This document shows positions 22,879 to 33,356 of a stretch of DNA of 64,000 bases, in pieces. A program made the translations under genes and the position numbers. The notes under the pieces were generated by a model, which had not been told where the DNA came from, searched no databases, and saw only the letters and a program-made list of their open reading frames with translations. Location: NCBI GenBank assembly GCA_000004985.1, contig GG738854.1; one strand, given 5' to 3'. Origin of the DNA: Naegleria gruberi (taxonomy: Eukaryota). Numbering within the stretch: the first letter of the stretch is position 1; each line of letters starts with the position of its first letter.

Positions 22879-23655
22879 ATGCGAATAAGTCAGGTGCTGC
22901 GGAATCACAAATCCTCACCATCAAAAACCCTTTTAGATGAATGCATCACCAATTTTCTCTCCACTCTCCGAAATCATCGAGAATTTATTCTGGAAAATCC
23001 ACAACTCAACCGTTTGAAATTAAATCATGATGGATTAAATAAGGATAGTCAGCCGAGAGTAATTGATACGAGTGTTGTAGCATTGAGACGGGAATATATT
23101 GAGAATTTAATTCCAAAACCAACACCTTCGGAATTTTTTCAAACCATGTTAAGGGAATCTAAATATTATTCGGAATTGATAGATTTGAATGTAATTGATC
23201 AATTTTGTGTATTTTGCAATAGAGAAATTGTTTCTGAGGGATTGATTGAGGAAAGTGAGAATTTTATGGCACTTTATAATATTAGACCTGTTTTTCCTGG
23301 TCATTCTCTGATTATTCCAAAGAAACATGTGACTAGATTTTCATCTCTTCCATTGGAGCATGCTAAGGAATTTGTGGAATTTTCACAATTGGTAATTCGA
23401 GCATTAAAACAGATTCACAATACTGATTCGATAGAGTTACTGATACAGGAAGGACCTTTGAGTGGACAATCTATTTGTCATCTTCATTTACATTTAATGC
23501 CGAGAATACCTAATGATATGCCAAATCCAGAAGATGATTGGATGGAATTCTTTTCAAGAAATGAACATTCGGCAAGATTACTCACGAAAGAAGAACGACA
23601 GGAATATGCTAAACATGTTAGACAAGTCATGAAGAGTTTACGTTCCAATTCATAA
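22879..23655 (+). CDS. HIT (histidine triad) family nucleotide hydrolase/transferase
   Basis: First ATG at 22879 (MRISQV). The HIT core is CVFCNREIV...ALYNIRPVFPGHSLIIPKKHV...SGQSICHLHLHLMP (histidine triad HxHxHxx). The C-terminal extension is acidic. Confidence 0.7.
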   Translation: MRISQVLRNHKSSPSKTLLDECITNFLSTLRNHREFILENPQLNRLKLNHDGLNKDSQPRVIDTSVVALRREYIENLIPKPTPSEFFQTMLRESKYYSELIDLNVIDQFCVFCNREIVSEGLIEESENFMALYNIRPVFPGHSLIIPKKHVTRFSSLPLEHAKEFVEFSQLVIRALKQIHNTDSIELLIQEGPLSGQSICHLHLHLMPRIPNDMPNPEDDWMEFFSRNEHSARLLTKEERQEYAKHVRQVMKSLRSNS

Positions 23656-23747
23656 TCCATTTTAACTTTTGTATTTAACTGAATGGGAATACAATTTTGT
23701 AAACTATTTACATTTTCATAATCCAAATTATTTTAAATTTAAAAAAA

Positions 23748-24635
23748 ATGAGCAAACACAATACTTGGGGAGGATCATCACCTTCATTATCGTCGACCAC
23801 TAAATTAATTGTCGGATTATTTGTCCTCCTATTGATTGTACAAACAACAATCGGATCAACATTAAATTTATCGAGTACAAGAATTGATACCACTCTCAAT
23901 ACAACACAAATAGAATTTCGACCTCTTGATCCATCAGCACCATCGTCTATTCCTAATTATAATGTTGGAACACAAGTATCGCTGAGTTTTTCCTTCTTTT
24001 CTATTGAACATTGTTCTTTTGATATTGTAGTAGTATCAAAACACTCTAAAAAGGAATATTCGACAAATGGTGGAATTTATCAATACAATACTAATGGAAC
24101 TATTGAAGAAAAGGAATTAAAAATTACAATTCCTACTGAAATTGATACTGCTGAAGGAGCTTATGTTTTCAGATTAAAAAAGAAGGTTGAAAAGGTATCT
24201 CAAGAATTGAATTTTGACTCTCCAGAATTTACTGTCACTGTCAATGTTGACAATACATCATTATCATGGCCAACTATTGTTTTAATTCTCTTCTTCCCAC
24301 CAGCTCTGCTCCTAGTTGCAGTTGTAGGTGGTTGTGTCATGTGTAAACGACAACGTCGAGTCCAACAACAAGAATTGGAACAACACGATTATGAACAACA
24401 ATTGGATGATGATGTTGATATCAATTTCGATCACGATGATGAAGAGGAGAATCATCACCGTCACCACCACACCTCCAAGCACCATCAAACAAATAAGAAG
24501 AAGGAAGAACCCAAGATGGCCTTTGTCTTGGAAGATGACGATGATGATGAGCCAATGTCTAGTAGTCATATTCACATTGATGATGATGATGAAAATGAAC
24601 GTCGTGGCAATTTCTACTATACCAAGAATATTTAA
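23748..24635 (+). CDS. Type I membrane protein with a His/Asp-rich cytoplasmic tail
   Basis: ATG at 23748. Signal/anchor LIVGLFVLLLIVQTTIGS. Ectodomain of about 160 aa with N-glycosylation sequons. TM WPTIVLILFFPPALLLVAVVGGCVMC. Tail reads EENHHRHHHTSKHHQTNKKKEE...LEDDDDDEP...HIHIDDDDENE. Confidence 0.5.
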   Translation: MSKHNTWGGSSPSLSSTTKLIVGLFVLLLIVQTTIGSTLNLSSTRIDTTLNTTQIEFRPLDPSAPSSIPNYNVGTQVSLSFSFFSIEHCSFDIVVVSKHSKKEYSTNGGIYQYNTNGTIEEKELKITIPTEIDTAEGAYVFRLKKKVEKVSQELNFDSPEFTVTVNVDNTSLSWPTIVLILFFPPALLLVAVVGGCVMCKRQRRVQQQELEQHDYEQQLDDDVDINFDHDDEEENHHRHHHTSKHHQTNKKKEEPKMAFVLEDDDDDEPMSSSHIHIDDDDENERRGNFYYTKNI

Positions 24636-25185
24636 ACATGCTCTTCATTAATTGTTATTATGGAACAGTGTGTTAACATATTAGTTTACAATTTTAAGAA
24701 TATTATTTAATCGAATAATGTAATAAAGGAAGGTAATTGGCTATGCCTATTTTGAAACAATCAGTGATGCGTACTTTGGTGTCCCTATTTGCCTTTCCTA
24801 TCTTCCTCCTCACCTGTCTTTTAATAAGGAAGCTGCTAATGAACATACGAAAAAAACAGGACAAATCACTGTAATATCTCTTTCGAATAATATTTGTTTA
24901 ATTGAATTATTATTTAATTCTTCACCATCATCAACAAGGAAGTTTATTTACCAATCGTGGCCTAAAATATTACAAAATCTTTATCCTAATGATTAAAGAA
25001 AGTATTTCGAGAATAGTTTAGTTTCAAACAAAGTCTTTTGAATAGAAATCCTTTCAACTATTCATTCCTTATCTGTATTATCAACAGCAAACATAACAAG
25101 TACCACCAAATCGTGCTCTTTTCATACAATTCTCTATTAGGCCATATCCAGCTCAATTTGTAGTTTCGTCTAATTCTTCAAGAAC

Positions 25186-27918
25186 ATGCAAACTACATCT
25201 CTTCAAGAAAATTCAAACATTAGAAAAGAATTGTTCAACAAAAACAACTCCTCATCATTAAATTGTCAAAGCTCACATCATCAACATACAACTTTCTCAA
25301 CTATCATGTGTTCCTCCTCAACAATGGAATCAAATTTTAATTTACCTCCAAGCAACAAGAAGGAAGAGAAAAATCAACAAGAAAACAAAGAAGAAAAATA
25401 CAGCAGTGCTGGTGGCGACAATGGAAAACATTATCAAGAACAACAACGGATAGATGTTGCTGTAACATCATCATCAGCATCAGCATTGGAAGGAAAAGAG
25501 GATGGTATTACTCGGACAGTGTCTAGTTTAAATCCTTCTCCATGTACAAATAATTATAATAATAATACAACAACAATAATAATAACCGATAATAATCAAA
25601 ACGAGAGAGGAAAATTAGAAATGTATATTGATACTAATAATTTACGTTTACCACTTTCTCCTTCTGCATTGTCTGTCTCCTCATCAACATCAGATGGCAC
25701 ACCAACTAAAATTCCAACCTCCACTAATTGCTCACCATCACGACCTTTATCTACTATTTTGCATAATAATAATAATAATAACAATACTAATAGTGCCTTG
25801 CTCTCATCGAGTACATGGTGGAGAGAAAGATTATTCCCTAAGGAATTACTACCAAATTCTACTCTCACATCAGCACGAGCTTCATCATCAGCACTGAATT
25901 TCAACATAAGTCTCATCGATGAATCAACATTTGATACACTTGCTCCTTCATCATTGTCCTCTTCTCGTTTGGATGCTATTCATACATCTTCAGAGGGTGA
26001 GTTTTCAGAGGAAACACTCCTAGAACATATAAGCAAGGAGTTGTGTTCGAATATGCGTGAGGAAGAGCTTGAACAAGTTTCCACACCAGCTGTGGTTGAC
26101 CATATATTACGAGAGATGAAGTTTTCAAAACAGAAATGTTCACTAGTACACTTGGCAGCAAAACATAATCGTGTAGAACTCTTGCAGTGGTTTAAAAGAT
26201 GCTGTTGCGATAAAAAGTGTTCCTACAAGCACATACCCATCTCTAAACTACTCAACTCTGACAAATCTTCATCAATAACGGATTCATCATTTTCTATTTT
26301 GGAAAGTAAGAGATTTAGCAGGAATTTTGGAAAAAACTTTAATGTTGCCATAAGGCACTTCGACTCATTGGATGATGACAGTTCTTCCCAACATTCCAAA
26401 CAGTGTCTACTTAAACAACAATCCTTGTGGTTTGCTTTGGACCATTATTCTGCAACACCTCTCTTTTATTCTTGCAAGCATGCACAAGCCATGGAGGCAA
26501 GTGCTTTTCTGTTATCTCAACCAAGTGTCTCACAGAAACAGCTCAACCATCACCATGATCAATTTGGAAACCTTCCAATAACTATTGGATTTAGAAATGG
26601 AAATTTCAGACTATGTGACTTGTTGGTTTTGTTTGGAGCCAAAATTGATGTTACTTCAGGAATTCTTGCTGAAAGTCTACTTCACAAAGTTTGCAGAGAT
26701 GGTGCAGATTTGGAGGTTGTTAAATATTTGGCTAGGTTTGTTTTATTCATATTTATTTTCAATATATCATCATTTATTCAATTCAGGAATGCACCAAAAG
26801 TCTTACTCAAAAGAAATCAAAGAGATGAAAGTGCACTGTTTGCCTGCATTAGGGATTTGAGAATGGTTCTCATTCCATCAAGTGGAGGCTCCTTCAGCAG
26901 TGATATAAGTCTTTTCCACAATAGAAAGAGTTCTAATGGAGTTAGTGATACATCATTCACTCTCCTTCATAATATTCTTTCCTATGGATCGGAATTGTTT
27001 GGAAGGGAAACATTTGAGAAGGCTGTTCTCATGAAAAACTCATTCGGAATGAATATTTTAATGACGAGTATATTGTACAATGATATGGACGCAATGAAAG
27101 TGATTTGTCTTGGACTTTCCAACTATTGCAAACCTGGAGGCGCTAGAAAAGTTGATCTCAATACTTCACAAATGAGTGGAGATTCGACTGGAAGTGGTAG
27201 TAGTTCAGAGGGTATTGCTGCTGTGGATGATCAGATACCTTCTCCAAGAAAGAGAAATTCTCTCCGATTACGACTTCACCAGAGAATTTTATCGATGGAT
27301 AAAAGGGATTCAAACAAAAGCATTCTGAAAACAATTGTATTCGATAAAGATAAGCAAGGAAAGACAATACTCCATCTCATAATTGAGACAGCTATTCAAT
27401 TAGAAGATAATGGAGCATCATGGGACGATTTGATTGACTGGTTTGATGGATTCCAATGGCTTTGTTTGTGGCTAACTGAAGTTTTTTCACAAACGTTGAA
27501 TGTTAGAACAAATGGTGAGTGGACTGCAGATTGTGGGCTGTGCCACTTTTTTGAAGCTAGAGACTTGCAAGGTTACTCACCATATGGAATGGTGGTATCC
27601 AAACAACCAAATGAGGAAATGAACTTTTTGGAAAAGGAGAGCACCGATGATAGAGTACTCTTCTGGCCAAGAGTTTTGGAGTTCATTCAAACAACGATAA
27701 AGAAGTGGGCAGTCTCTGAAAAGGTCAAGAATACATCTGAGAATAACCTGAATGGTTCTCGTAACAATTTCAGATATGCTGAAGTGACAGGAAGCAGGGG
27801 ATTTTTAAATTCTGAATCAGATTCACTCGATTCCCTCTATGCAGATCAAGGTGAGGGAATTTTAGGCAAAATGAAAAGAAGATTCAAGAGAACTCAAAGT
27901 GTCGATTTGGACAAATAA
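25186..27918 (+). CDS. Ankyrin-repeat protein with an Asn/Ser-rich low-complexity N-terminus
   Basis: ATG at 25186. ANK-like repeats: CSLVHLAAKHNRVELLQWF, ATPLFYSCKHAQAMEASAFLL, GNLPITIGFRNGNFRLCDLLVLFGAKIDV, ESLLHKVCRDGADLEVVKYLA. The N-terminus has homopolymeric N and S runs. The ORF is continuous but contains a likely in-frame 51-nt intron (next feature). Confidence 0.6.
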   Translation: MQTTSLQENSNIRKELFNKNNSSSLNCQSSHHQHTTFSTIMCSSSTMESNFNLPPSNKKEEKNQQENKEEKYSSAGGDNGKHYQEQQRIDVAVTSSSASALEGKEDGITRTVSSLNPSPCTNNYNNNTTTIIITDNNQNERGKLEMYIDTNNLRLPLSPSALSVSSSTSDGTPTKIPTSTNCSPSRPLSTILHNNNNNNNTNSALLSSSTWWRERLFPKELLPNSTLTSARASSSALNFNISLIDESTFDTLAPSSLSSSRLDAIHTSSEGEFSEETLLEHISKELCSNMREEELEQVSTPAVVDHILREMKFSKQKCSLVHLAAKHNRVELLQWFKRCCCDKKCSYKHIPISKLLNSDKSSSITDSSFSILESKRFSRNFGKNFNVAIRHFDSLDDDSSSQHSKQCLLKQQSLWFALDHYSATPLFYSCKHAQAMEASAFLLSQPSVSQKQLNHHHDQFGNLPITIGFRNGNFRLCDLLVLFGAKIDVTSGILAESLLHKVCRDGADLEVVKYLARFVLFIFIFNISSFIQFRNAPKVLLKRNQRDESALFACIRDLRMVLIPSSGGSFSSDISLFHNRKSSNGVSDTSFTLLHNILSYGSELFGRETFEKAVLMKNSFGMNILMTSILYNDMDAMKVICLGLSNYCKPGGARKVDLNTSQMSGDSTGSGSSSEGIAAVDDQIPSPRKRNSLRLRLHQRILSMDKRDSNKSILKTIVFDKDKQGKTILHLIIETAIQLEDNGASWDDLIDWFDGFQWLCLWLTEVFSQTLNVRTNGEWTADCGLCHFFEARDLQGYSPYGMVVSKQPNEEMNFLEKESTDDRVLFWPRVLEFIQTTIKKWAVSEKVKNTSENNLNGSRNNFRYAEVTGSRGFLNSESDSLDSLYADQGEGILGKMKRRFKRTQSVDLDK
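26736..26786 (+). other. Candidate in-frame intron (51 nt, GTTTGT...TTCAG) inside an ankyrin repeat
   Basis: Read through, it inserts FVLFIFIFNISSFIQFR. This very hydrophobic, AT-rich segment breaks an ANK repeat. Removing it gives VVKYLA|RNAPKVLLKRNQRDESALFACIRD. The same GTTTGT donor is used by the intron at 41538..41599. Confidence 0.4.
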
Positions 27919-28129
27919 ACCTCGGCACGATCCCTTGTAACATTAATGCTTCTTTGGAGGATCTTTGTTATGAACTCGTTGTACTTGAGAGATTCTCATC
28001 TCTATATGCCCATATATATATATCTTTAAGCGAAAACAAGAAATCCCAATATGTACTTTGATCTGCTGGTTACCTTAATGAAAAAAATAAGACAAGTTAA
28101 TATCAAGGGTCCAAAGCCATAACGTTACC

Positions 28130-31100
28130 ATGTCTGTTGCAGAAGCTTCTAATAATGGTGCAGCTGCAACTACATTTATTGAAAGGAGTATTAATTTTAA
28201 TGAATCATCAACCATACAACAATCATCATCACAACAACGAGAAAATCAACATGTGTCGGGAAGTTTTATAGGAAGCAATACGAGTAGTTCATCTAGCTCG
28301 ACCAATTTTTCAGCAACAATGATGAAAAGTATTAAGGAAGCTATTGTGTCCTATATAATTTCAATGCAATACAAGCCACTGAGGCAGGGCAAAAAGTTTA
28401 TGCTTCTCTCTGTTTTGTATCATTTGTATATAATGTGGATTTCCATCTTTTTACCAACACTAGGCGATTATAATTGGGGAGAATATGCAAATTGGATATT
28501 CAAGGCAGTAAATTATCCAGTAACCCTTTCACTAGATTTAATTCCCTATGGTGGCATTGAGGCTTTGGGAGCAATTGTGTTTGCAATCAGTGCCCTATCT
28601 GTTCTTGTTGTTATAATGGCAGTTGCGAGTGTTCATAGGACGAGTAAACACATTGAGAGGGTGAGATTAATAGTAATGGTGACTGGACTTGTTCTCTCTC
28701 TGTTGGGACCACTCTTTGCATTTATTCTGACGGGCTTTACAGATTGTGAATACAAGCAAAAGGTGTACTTTGAGAGTATAGATGATAAGGCATATGCTCT
28801 TTCTAGATATCCAGAAGCAGAGTGCTTTGGGGATAATATGTACCTTTACATTATTTCAATTATTGCAGTATTCGGAATTTGTCTATCCATATTATGCACC
28901 TTAATTTCCTTCTCATCAAGTTGGAAGAGTGACATGGTATTCAAAACAGTTGTCCATTATCCATTATCATACTTGGTTATTAGTAATATTCTTCAAATGT
29001 TCATCATGTATTTTATTCATGATGAGTTCATGTATGGAAGAGCAATCCTTCACTTGATTATTTCAGCAAGTTGGATTCCTATACTATTCTATGAACTGCC
29101 CTTCCAATACAGATATGAAAATTCAATTTATTCTGGAGTGGGTTTTGCAAGAATAGGAGCATCAATTGGTTCTCTGATATCTTCCCTTGCCAACTCAGCT
29201 GACAATTCAGGTTTTGGTTTGGGAATGTTTGGCTTAACGTTCGCTCTTATTATCATTTCATTCATTGGTGGAGTAATAGGAATGGAATTATACATTAGAT
29301 TATCTACTCACAAGATTAGAAGTTACATGTTGTCTATTGTTGAGAAAACTCTATCTGTTAGTGGATCATTGCCTTCGAAATTCAAAGAAAGAGCCAAATA
29401 CATTCTGGAAAAAGAGGCCACTTCAATTTACTCCCATTTCATTGAAACACAACAGGCAGGATATTTAAGAATATTTATTCGATTCAGCATTGATCAAAAC
29501 TCTAAAAACAGCTCAGAAGCCATCCTCACAAACACTGATTTATCTCTGTATTTCATTAAGGGTGCGTCAACTCAAAGATCATTCAACGATAGCAAAACTC
29601 TTCTCTATTCATCCATGTTAATTTATTTCAACTATGGAGATGGTAATTTAGGATCAATGTATGCAAAAGGGTTGTTGAAAATCTTGGCAAAGCAAAAATT
29701 GAATATACCAGAAGTAATTATGTTAACAGAGTTTTCTAAGGAAATTAAGGATGAGAATAGTGTAAATTCATCTGATCTCGAACAATTATTGAATAAGGTA
29801 GAGAGTAATATAGCTGAATTGAAGTCCCTCCATAAGGCCTTCTGGAAAGAATATTTGCAAGATGTAATTGAAGTGGGAACTTTGGAATCGATTAATAACA
29901 AGTGTTCACAACTGATGAGCCAATGCGAAACTATTTTCAATAATAGGCTTTCCAGATACAAACACAATAAGAATTTCCTCAGAGCGTATGCACAATTTTT
30001 AAACGAAATCAAATTTGACAAGGAAACTGCCTTTGAAATATTCCAAGACGCAGCCATTGTTGACGAAGATGAGCCATCTAAAAAACGTGTTCTTGCTAAG
30101 AGTAATTTATTCACAGAATATGGTAAACAGCATTCTGAAACCAATTTGGGGTTTTCTCTAGATGGCTTAAAGGCTAGCAACCAAAAGAGTATGGACATTG
30201 AAACAATTCATGAAGATCAAATGTTGGATGGAGTTGAGAATGATCCACTTGCAAAACGGGAGTTCATTTTCAAAAGTGCTCTCTCCCAACCACAACAAGG
30301 AGGATATCATATGGGATCTGTTATCCTGTTCTGCTTTATATCCTTCTCTTTTGTGCTCCTTGCCTTAGTTTTGAATGTTTATTATTCAGTGGAAGTTCTT
30401 TCAAATGTCAAGTTTGTTCAGCAAGTTTGTGAGCCAACTGTTTCTTCATATGCCATTTTGAAACAAATCAGAAATAATCAAATACTCCTTCAAGCTAAAA
30501 ATCAGGGTCTAGATGTTGATGAAACAGATATTATGGGTATTCTTAAGGACGAGACAAACGAAAATATTACTTCCATACAATCTGTTTGGAAGGAGAGACT
30601 TAATTTCTATGTTGAACATATTGAACATGTTAAAAAGATGTCACAAGGTAAAATTGTTGGAAAATTCACACCTGAAATGTATGAAGATTACAATAGTGAA
30701 ACAAATGAAATATTTGTTCCTGTGATTCAAACAAAGAATCAAAATTCATTCATTGAGGTCATTAAGAAGAATGTTTCACTCTCTGAAATATCATCACTCT
30801 TGATTGATATTGTTGAAAATTATCCATCAGGAGGATACAATGAAACATTGAAAGAATATGATTTCATGTTGGTATTCTTGAATAGGGAAACTTTCACAAA
30901 TGCCTTTGTGAAAACATGTTTCAGTTTCTTGGAAAGATGTGAACTTGACTCCAAAAATTTCAACAATTACTACCTATACTTTTATGTTTCTGTATTGTCA
31001 TTTTACATTCTTTACACAGCCATCTATATTCTCTATGTAAGAATTGAATTCTCATTTATCACTAGAACCATTAGATTAATGGAACGCAGTATTTCAAAGG

Positions 31101-33157
31101 ATATTGTAGGTAAAATCTATCAAGATTTGGCAAAGAAAGTAGAAGAAAATGCTTCTTTGGGATTTCTCAAATCAATAATCAGCCAACCAAAAGTGTTTTC
31201 TGTTTTTTGTATTGCTTGTTTGGCTTTTCTTACAATACTTGCATCTTCAATGATGTTCGTAGAGTTGAGAATTAATTCTGATCTAGGATATTCAACAATG
31301 TTGAGTGTGCATAAGACCGCCGAAAATCTTGTTTTGGTTCAGTCAATTGGATACAAACTAAATGAGATTTTCTTTTCCACTCTATCACCCTCTTTATATA
31401 ATGACCCTATCTTAATCAATGGAACCCTCTTAGATTATTACAGGGTGGAGGTGAGATACAATGTAACAGATTTGAGAAGAAGTTTTAACGAATTGATTTA
31501 TGGTAAGCTTGGAGGAAATTCAGCAATTTTAGGAATGATACCAAGAATTGATCAGATTATTACAGGAACTGATTGTTCTTCTGGCAATTGTACAAGTTTG
31601 GAAAACTCTTTGGACGAATTTACAATTGGATCTAGCAAGTTCAACGAAGATTTGCTTAAAGGAACTTTTACAGAGGAAGAGTTGGTTTTAAAGAATGCTG
31701 TTGTGGATGAATTGAGCCACCACCTAAGTGTAGACTTTCTTGAATTTTTGGCCTTGTTTACCATTGCAAGATCAATACCTTCTACTGCTATTGCACTAAT
31801 TTTCAGTATTCTTGGATTTCTCACAATAGTTATTTTCTATTGGTTACTGGTTCGAGTGTTTCAAATTCATTGGAATGATGTATTCCATTTAAGAAGCATG
31901 TTGAACTATGTAGATTATGACTACTTGGATTCTTATGACTCTTTAAGAAACTTTATTCTATACCATCAACTGCCTTCTAGAAACCTGTTCAAAAAGAAGA
32001 ATAAGATTGCCTCAGCAGAGGGTGACGAATCGAAGGTGAAGAATATTCTCAATGCAGCAGTTGACGGAGCTATTCTTTGTAATAGTACATGTGATATTGA
32101 AATATTCAATCCAGCAGCTCAAAGAATGTTTGGATGCAAACAATCAGATACTTTGGGAACTCCAATTTTCACTCTCTTTGATAAAGAATCGAGGACAGAG
32201 TTGGAGAGAGTCATTTCTGAATTGATTAAGAATGCCAAATCGACAACATCTTCTGAAAGTCTTGGTGAAACTGTTGAATTGGATTGTGTGAGAAAGAACT
32301 TGACAAAATTCCCTGCGAAAATCAATTTGTTCTCAACACTGTTTGATGGAAAACCAGTTGTGACATGTTTCATTAAGGATGCAACTTCTGAAAAGAAACA
32401 AAATGCATTGTTGGCTGAAGAAAAGAAAAAATCTGAAAATCTATTGAGATCTATTTTGCCAGAAAGTGTTGCCAATAGATTGAAATCTGGTGAAACATTC
32501 ATTGCTGAGAAATTTGCAGATATTACTTGTTTCTTTTCTGACATGGTTGGATTCACTCAAATGTCTTCAACTCTCAATCCAACTCAATTGGTTGGAATGT
32601 TAAATAATATTGTGAATGGATTTGATGCCTTAACAGACAAATATAGTTTGGAAAAGATCAAGACAATTGGAGATGCCTATTTCTGTGTTGGAGGAATTGG
32701 AAATACACAATCTGATCACCCAGAAAGAATACTTCGTTTCTCAATGGACATATTCTTAGTAGTACGTAACTATAACGAGGAGAATGGGAAAGAATTTGGA
32801 CATCAAATCAATATTCGAGTTGGAGTGAATACAGGAAGTGCAGTTGCAGGTGTGATTGGTACAAAGAAATTTGCCTATGATTTGTGGGGTGATACCATCA
32901 ACACTGCTTCTCGAATGGAATCAACATCAATTGCTGGAAGAATTCAAATTTCCAGATCAACTTATGAAAGAGTTTATGATATGGGTCTTGAATTTGAAGA
33001 AAGAAGTGTTGAAGCAAAAGGAAAGGGTTTGTGTCTCACTTATTTAGTCAAATCTCATCACCATGCACAGGCCATAGTTTCTGATAACGAAATCATTGAT
33101 TCTGACCTCGAGGTTTCCCTAACTACAAAACCAGAGGATGCAAAGGCAGAGATATAA
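28130..33157 (+). CDS. Multi-TM PAS-domain class III adenylyl cyclase (paralog A)
   Basis: ATG at 28130. Single 1,675-aa ORF. About 10-12 TM helices in the first 420 aa. Two further TM segments sit mid-protein. PAS-like segment ILNAAVDGAILCNSTCDIEIFNPAAQRMFGCKQSDTLGTPIFTLF. Cyclase domain LLRSILPESVANRLKSGE...FSDMVGFT...KIKTIGDAYF...YDLWGDTINTASRME has both metal-binding Asp, the transition-state N and R, and the K/D substrate pair that indicates ATP. Confidence 0.85.
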   Translation: MSVAEASNNGAAATTFIERSINFNESSTIQQSSSQQRENQHVSGSFIGSNTSSSSSSTNFSATMMKSIKEAIVSYIISMQYKPLRQGKKFMLLSVLYHLYIMWISIFLPTLGDYNWGEYANWIFKAVNYPVTLSLDLIPYGGIEALGAIVFAISALSVLVVIMAVASVHRTSKHIERVRLIVMVTGLVLSLLGPLFAFILTGFTDCEYKQKVYFESIDDKAYALSRYPEAECFGDNMYLYIISIIAVFGICLSILCTLISFSSSWKSDMVFKTVVHYPLSYLVISNILQMFIMYFIHDEFMYGRAILHLIISASWIPILFYELPFQYRYENSIYSGVGFARIGASIGSLISSLANSADNSGFGLGMFGLTFALIIISFIGGVIGMELYIRLSTHKIRSYMLSIVEKTLSVSGSLPSKFKERAKYILEKEATSIYSHFIETQQAGYLRIFIRFSIDQNSKNSSEAILTNTDLSLYFIKGASTQRSFNDSKTLLYSSMLIYFNYGDGNLGSMYAKGLLKILAKQKLNIPEVIMLTEFSKEIKDENSVNSSDLEQLLNKVESNIAELKSLHKAFWKEYLQDVIEVGTLESINNKCSQLMSQCETIFNNRLSRYKHNKNFLRAYAQFLNEIKFDKETAFEIFQDAAIVDEDEPSKKRVLAKSNLFTEYGKQHSETNLGFSLDGLKASNQKSMDIETIHEDQMLDGVENDPLAKREFIFKSALSQPQQGGYHMGSVILFCFISFSFVLLALVLNVYYSVEVLSNVKFVQQVCEPTVSSYAILKQIRNNQILLQAKNQGLDVDETDIMGILKDETNENITSIQSVWKERLNFYVEHIEHVKKMSQGKIVGKFTPEMYEDYNSETNEIFVPVIQTKNQNSFIEVIKKNVSLSEISSLLIDIVENYPSGGYNETLKEYDFMLVFLNRETFTNAFVKTCFSFLERCELDSKNFNNYYLYFYVSVLSFYILYTAIYILYVRIEFSFITRTIRLMERSISKDIVGKIYQDLAKKVEENASLGFLKSIISQPKVFSVFCIACLAFLTILASSMMFVELRINSDLGYSTMLSVHKTAENLVLVQSIGYKLNEIFFSTLSPSLYNDPILINGTLLDYYRVEVRYNVTDLRRSFNELIYGKLGGNSAILGMIPRIDQIITGTDCSSGNCTSLENSLDEFTIGSSKFNEDLLKGTFTEEELVLKNAVVDELSHHLSVDFLEFLALFTIARSIPSTAIALIFSILGFLTIVIFYWLLVRVFQIHWNDVFHLRSMLNYVDYDYLDSYDSLRNFILYHQLPSRNLFKKKNKIASAEGDESKVKNILNAAVDGAILCNSTCDIEIFNPAAQRMFGCKQSDTLGTPIFTLFDKESRTELERVISELIKNAKSTTSSESLGETVELDCVRKNLTKFPAKINLFSTLFDGKPVVTCFIKDATSEKKQNALLAEEKKKSENLLRSILPESVANRLKSGETFIAEKFADITCFFSDMVGFTQMSSTLNPTQLVGMLNNIVNGFDALTDKYSLEKIKTIGDAYFCVGGIGNTQSDHPERILRFSMDIFLVVRNYNEENGKEFGHQINIRVGVNTGSAVAGVIGTKKFAYDLWGDTINTASRMESTSIAGRIQISRSTYERVYDMGLEFEERSVEAKGKGLCLTYLVKSHHHAQAIVSDNEIIDSDLEVSLTTKPEDAKAEI

Positions 33158-33356
33158 TGAATCCATTTTGGTAATATAGAATCATTTTATTTGCCAATAT
33201 ATTTTCCTTTTTTGTCACTTAACGATTCTGACAACCAATGATGGCGATGTTAGTGAGTTACAGAAATGGCGGGTAAAACATGAAATCTCAATTCTTATTA
33301 AAAAAAACATCATTAACCCTTCTTGAATACAAAAAGATATTGGTTTGCTTTTTAAA

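Noticed and set aside
24312-24651. ORFs 24312..24575 (-) and 24328..24651 (+) overlapping the 3' end of the 23748..24635 gene
   Set aside because: These are alternative-frame readings of the GAT/GAA/CAT-rich acidic-tail coding region. The sense-frame type I membrane protein is the coherent call.
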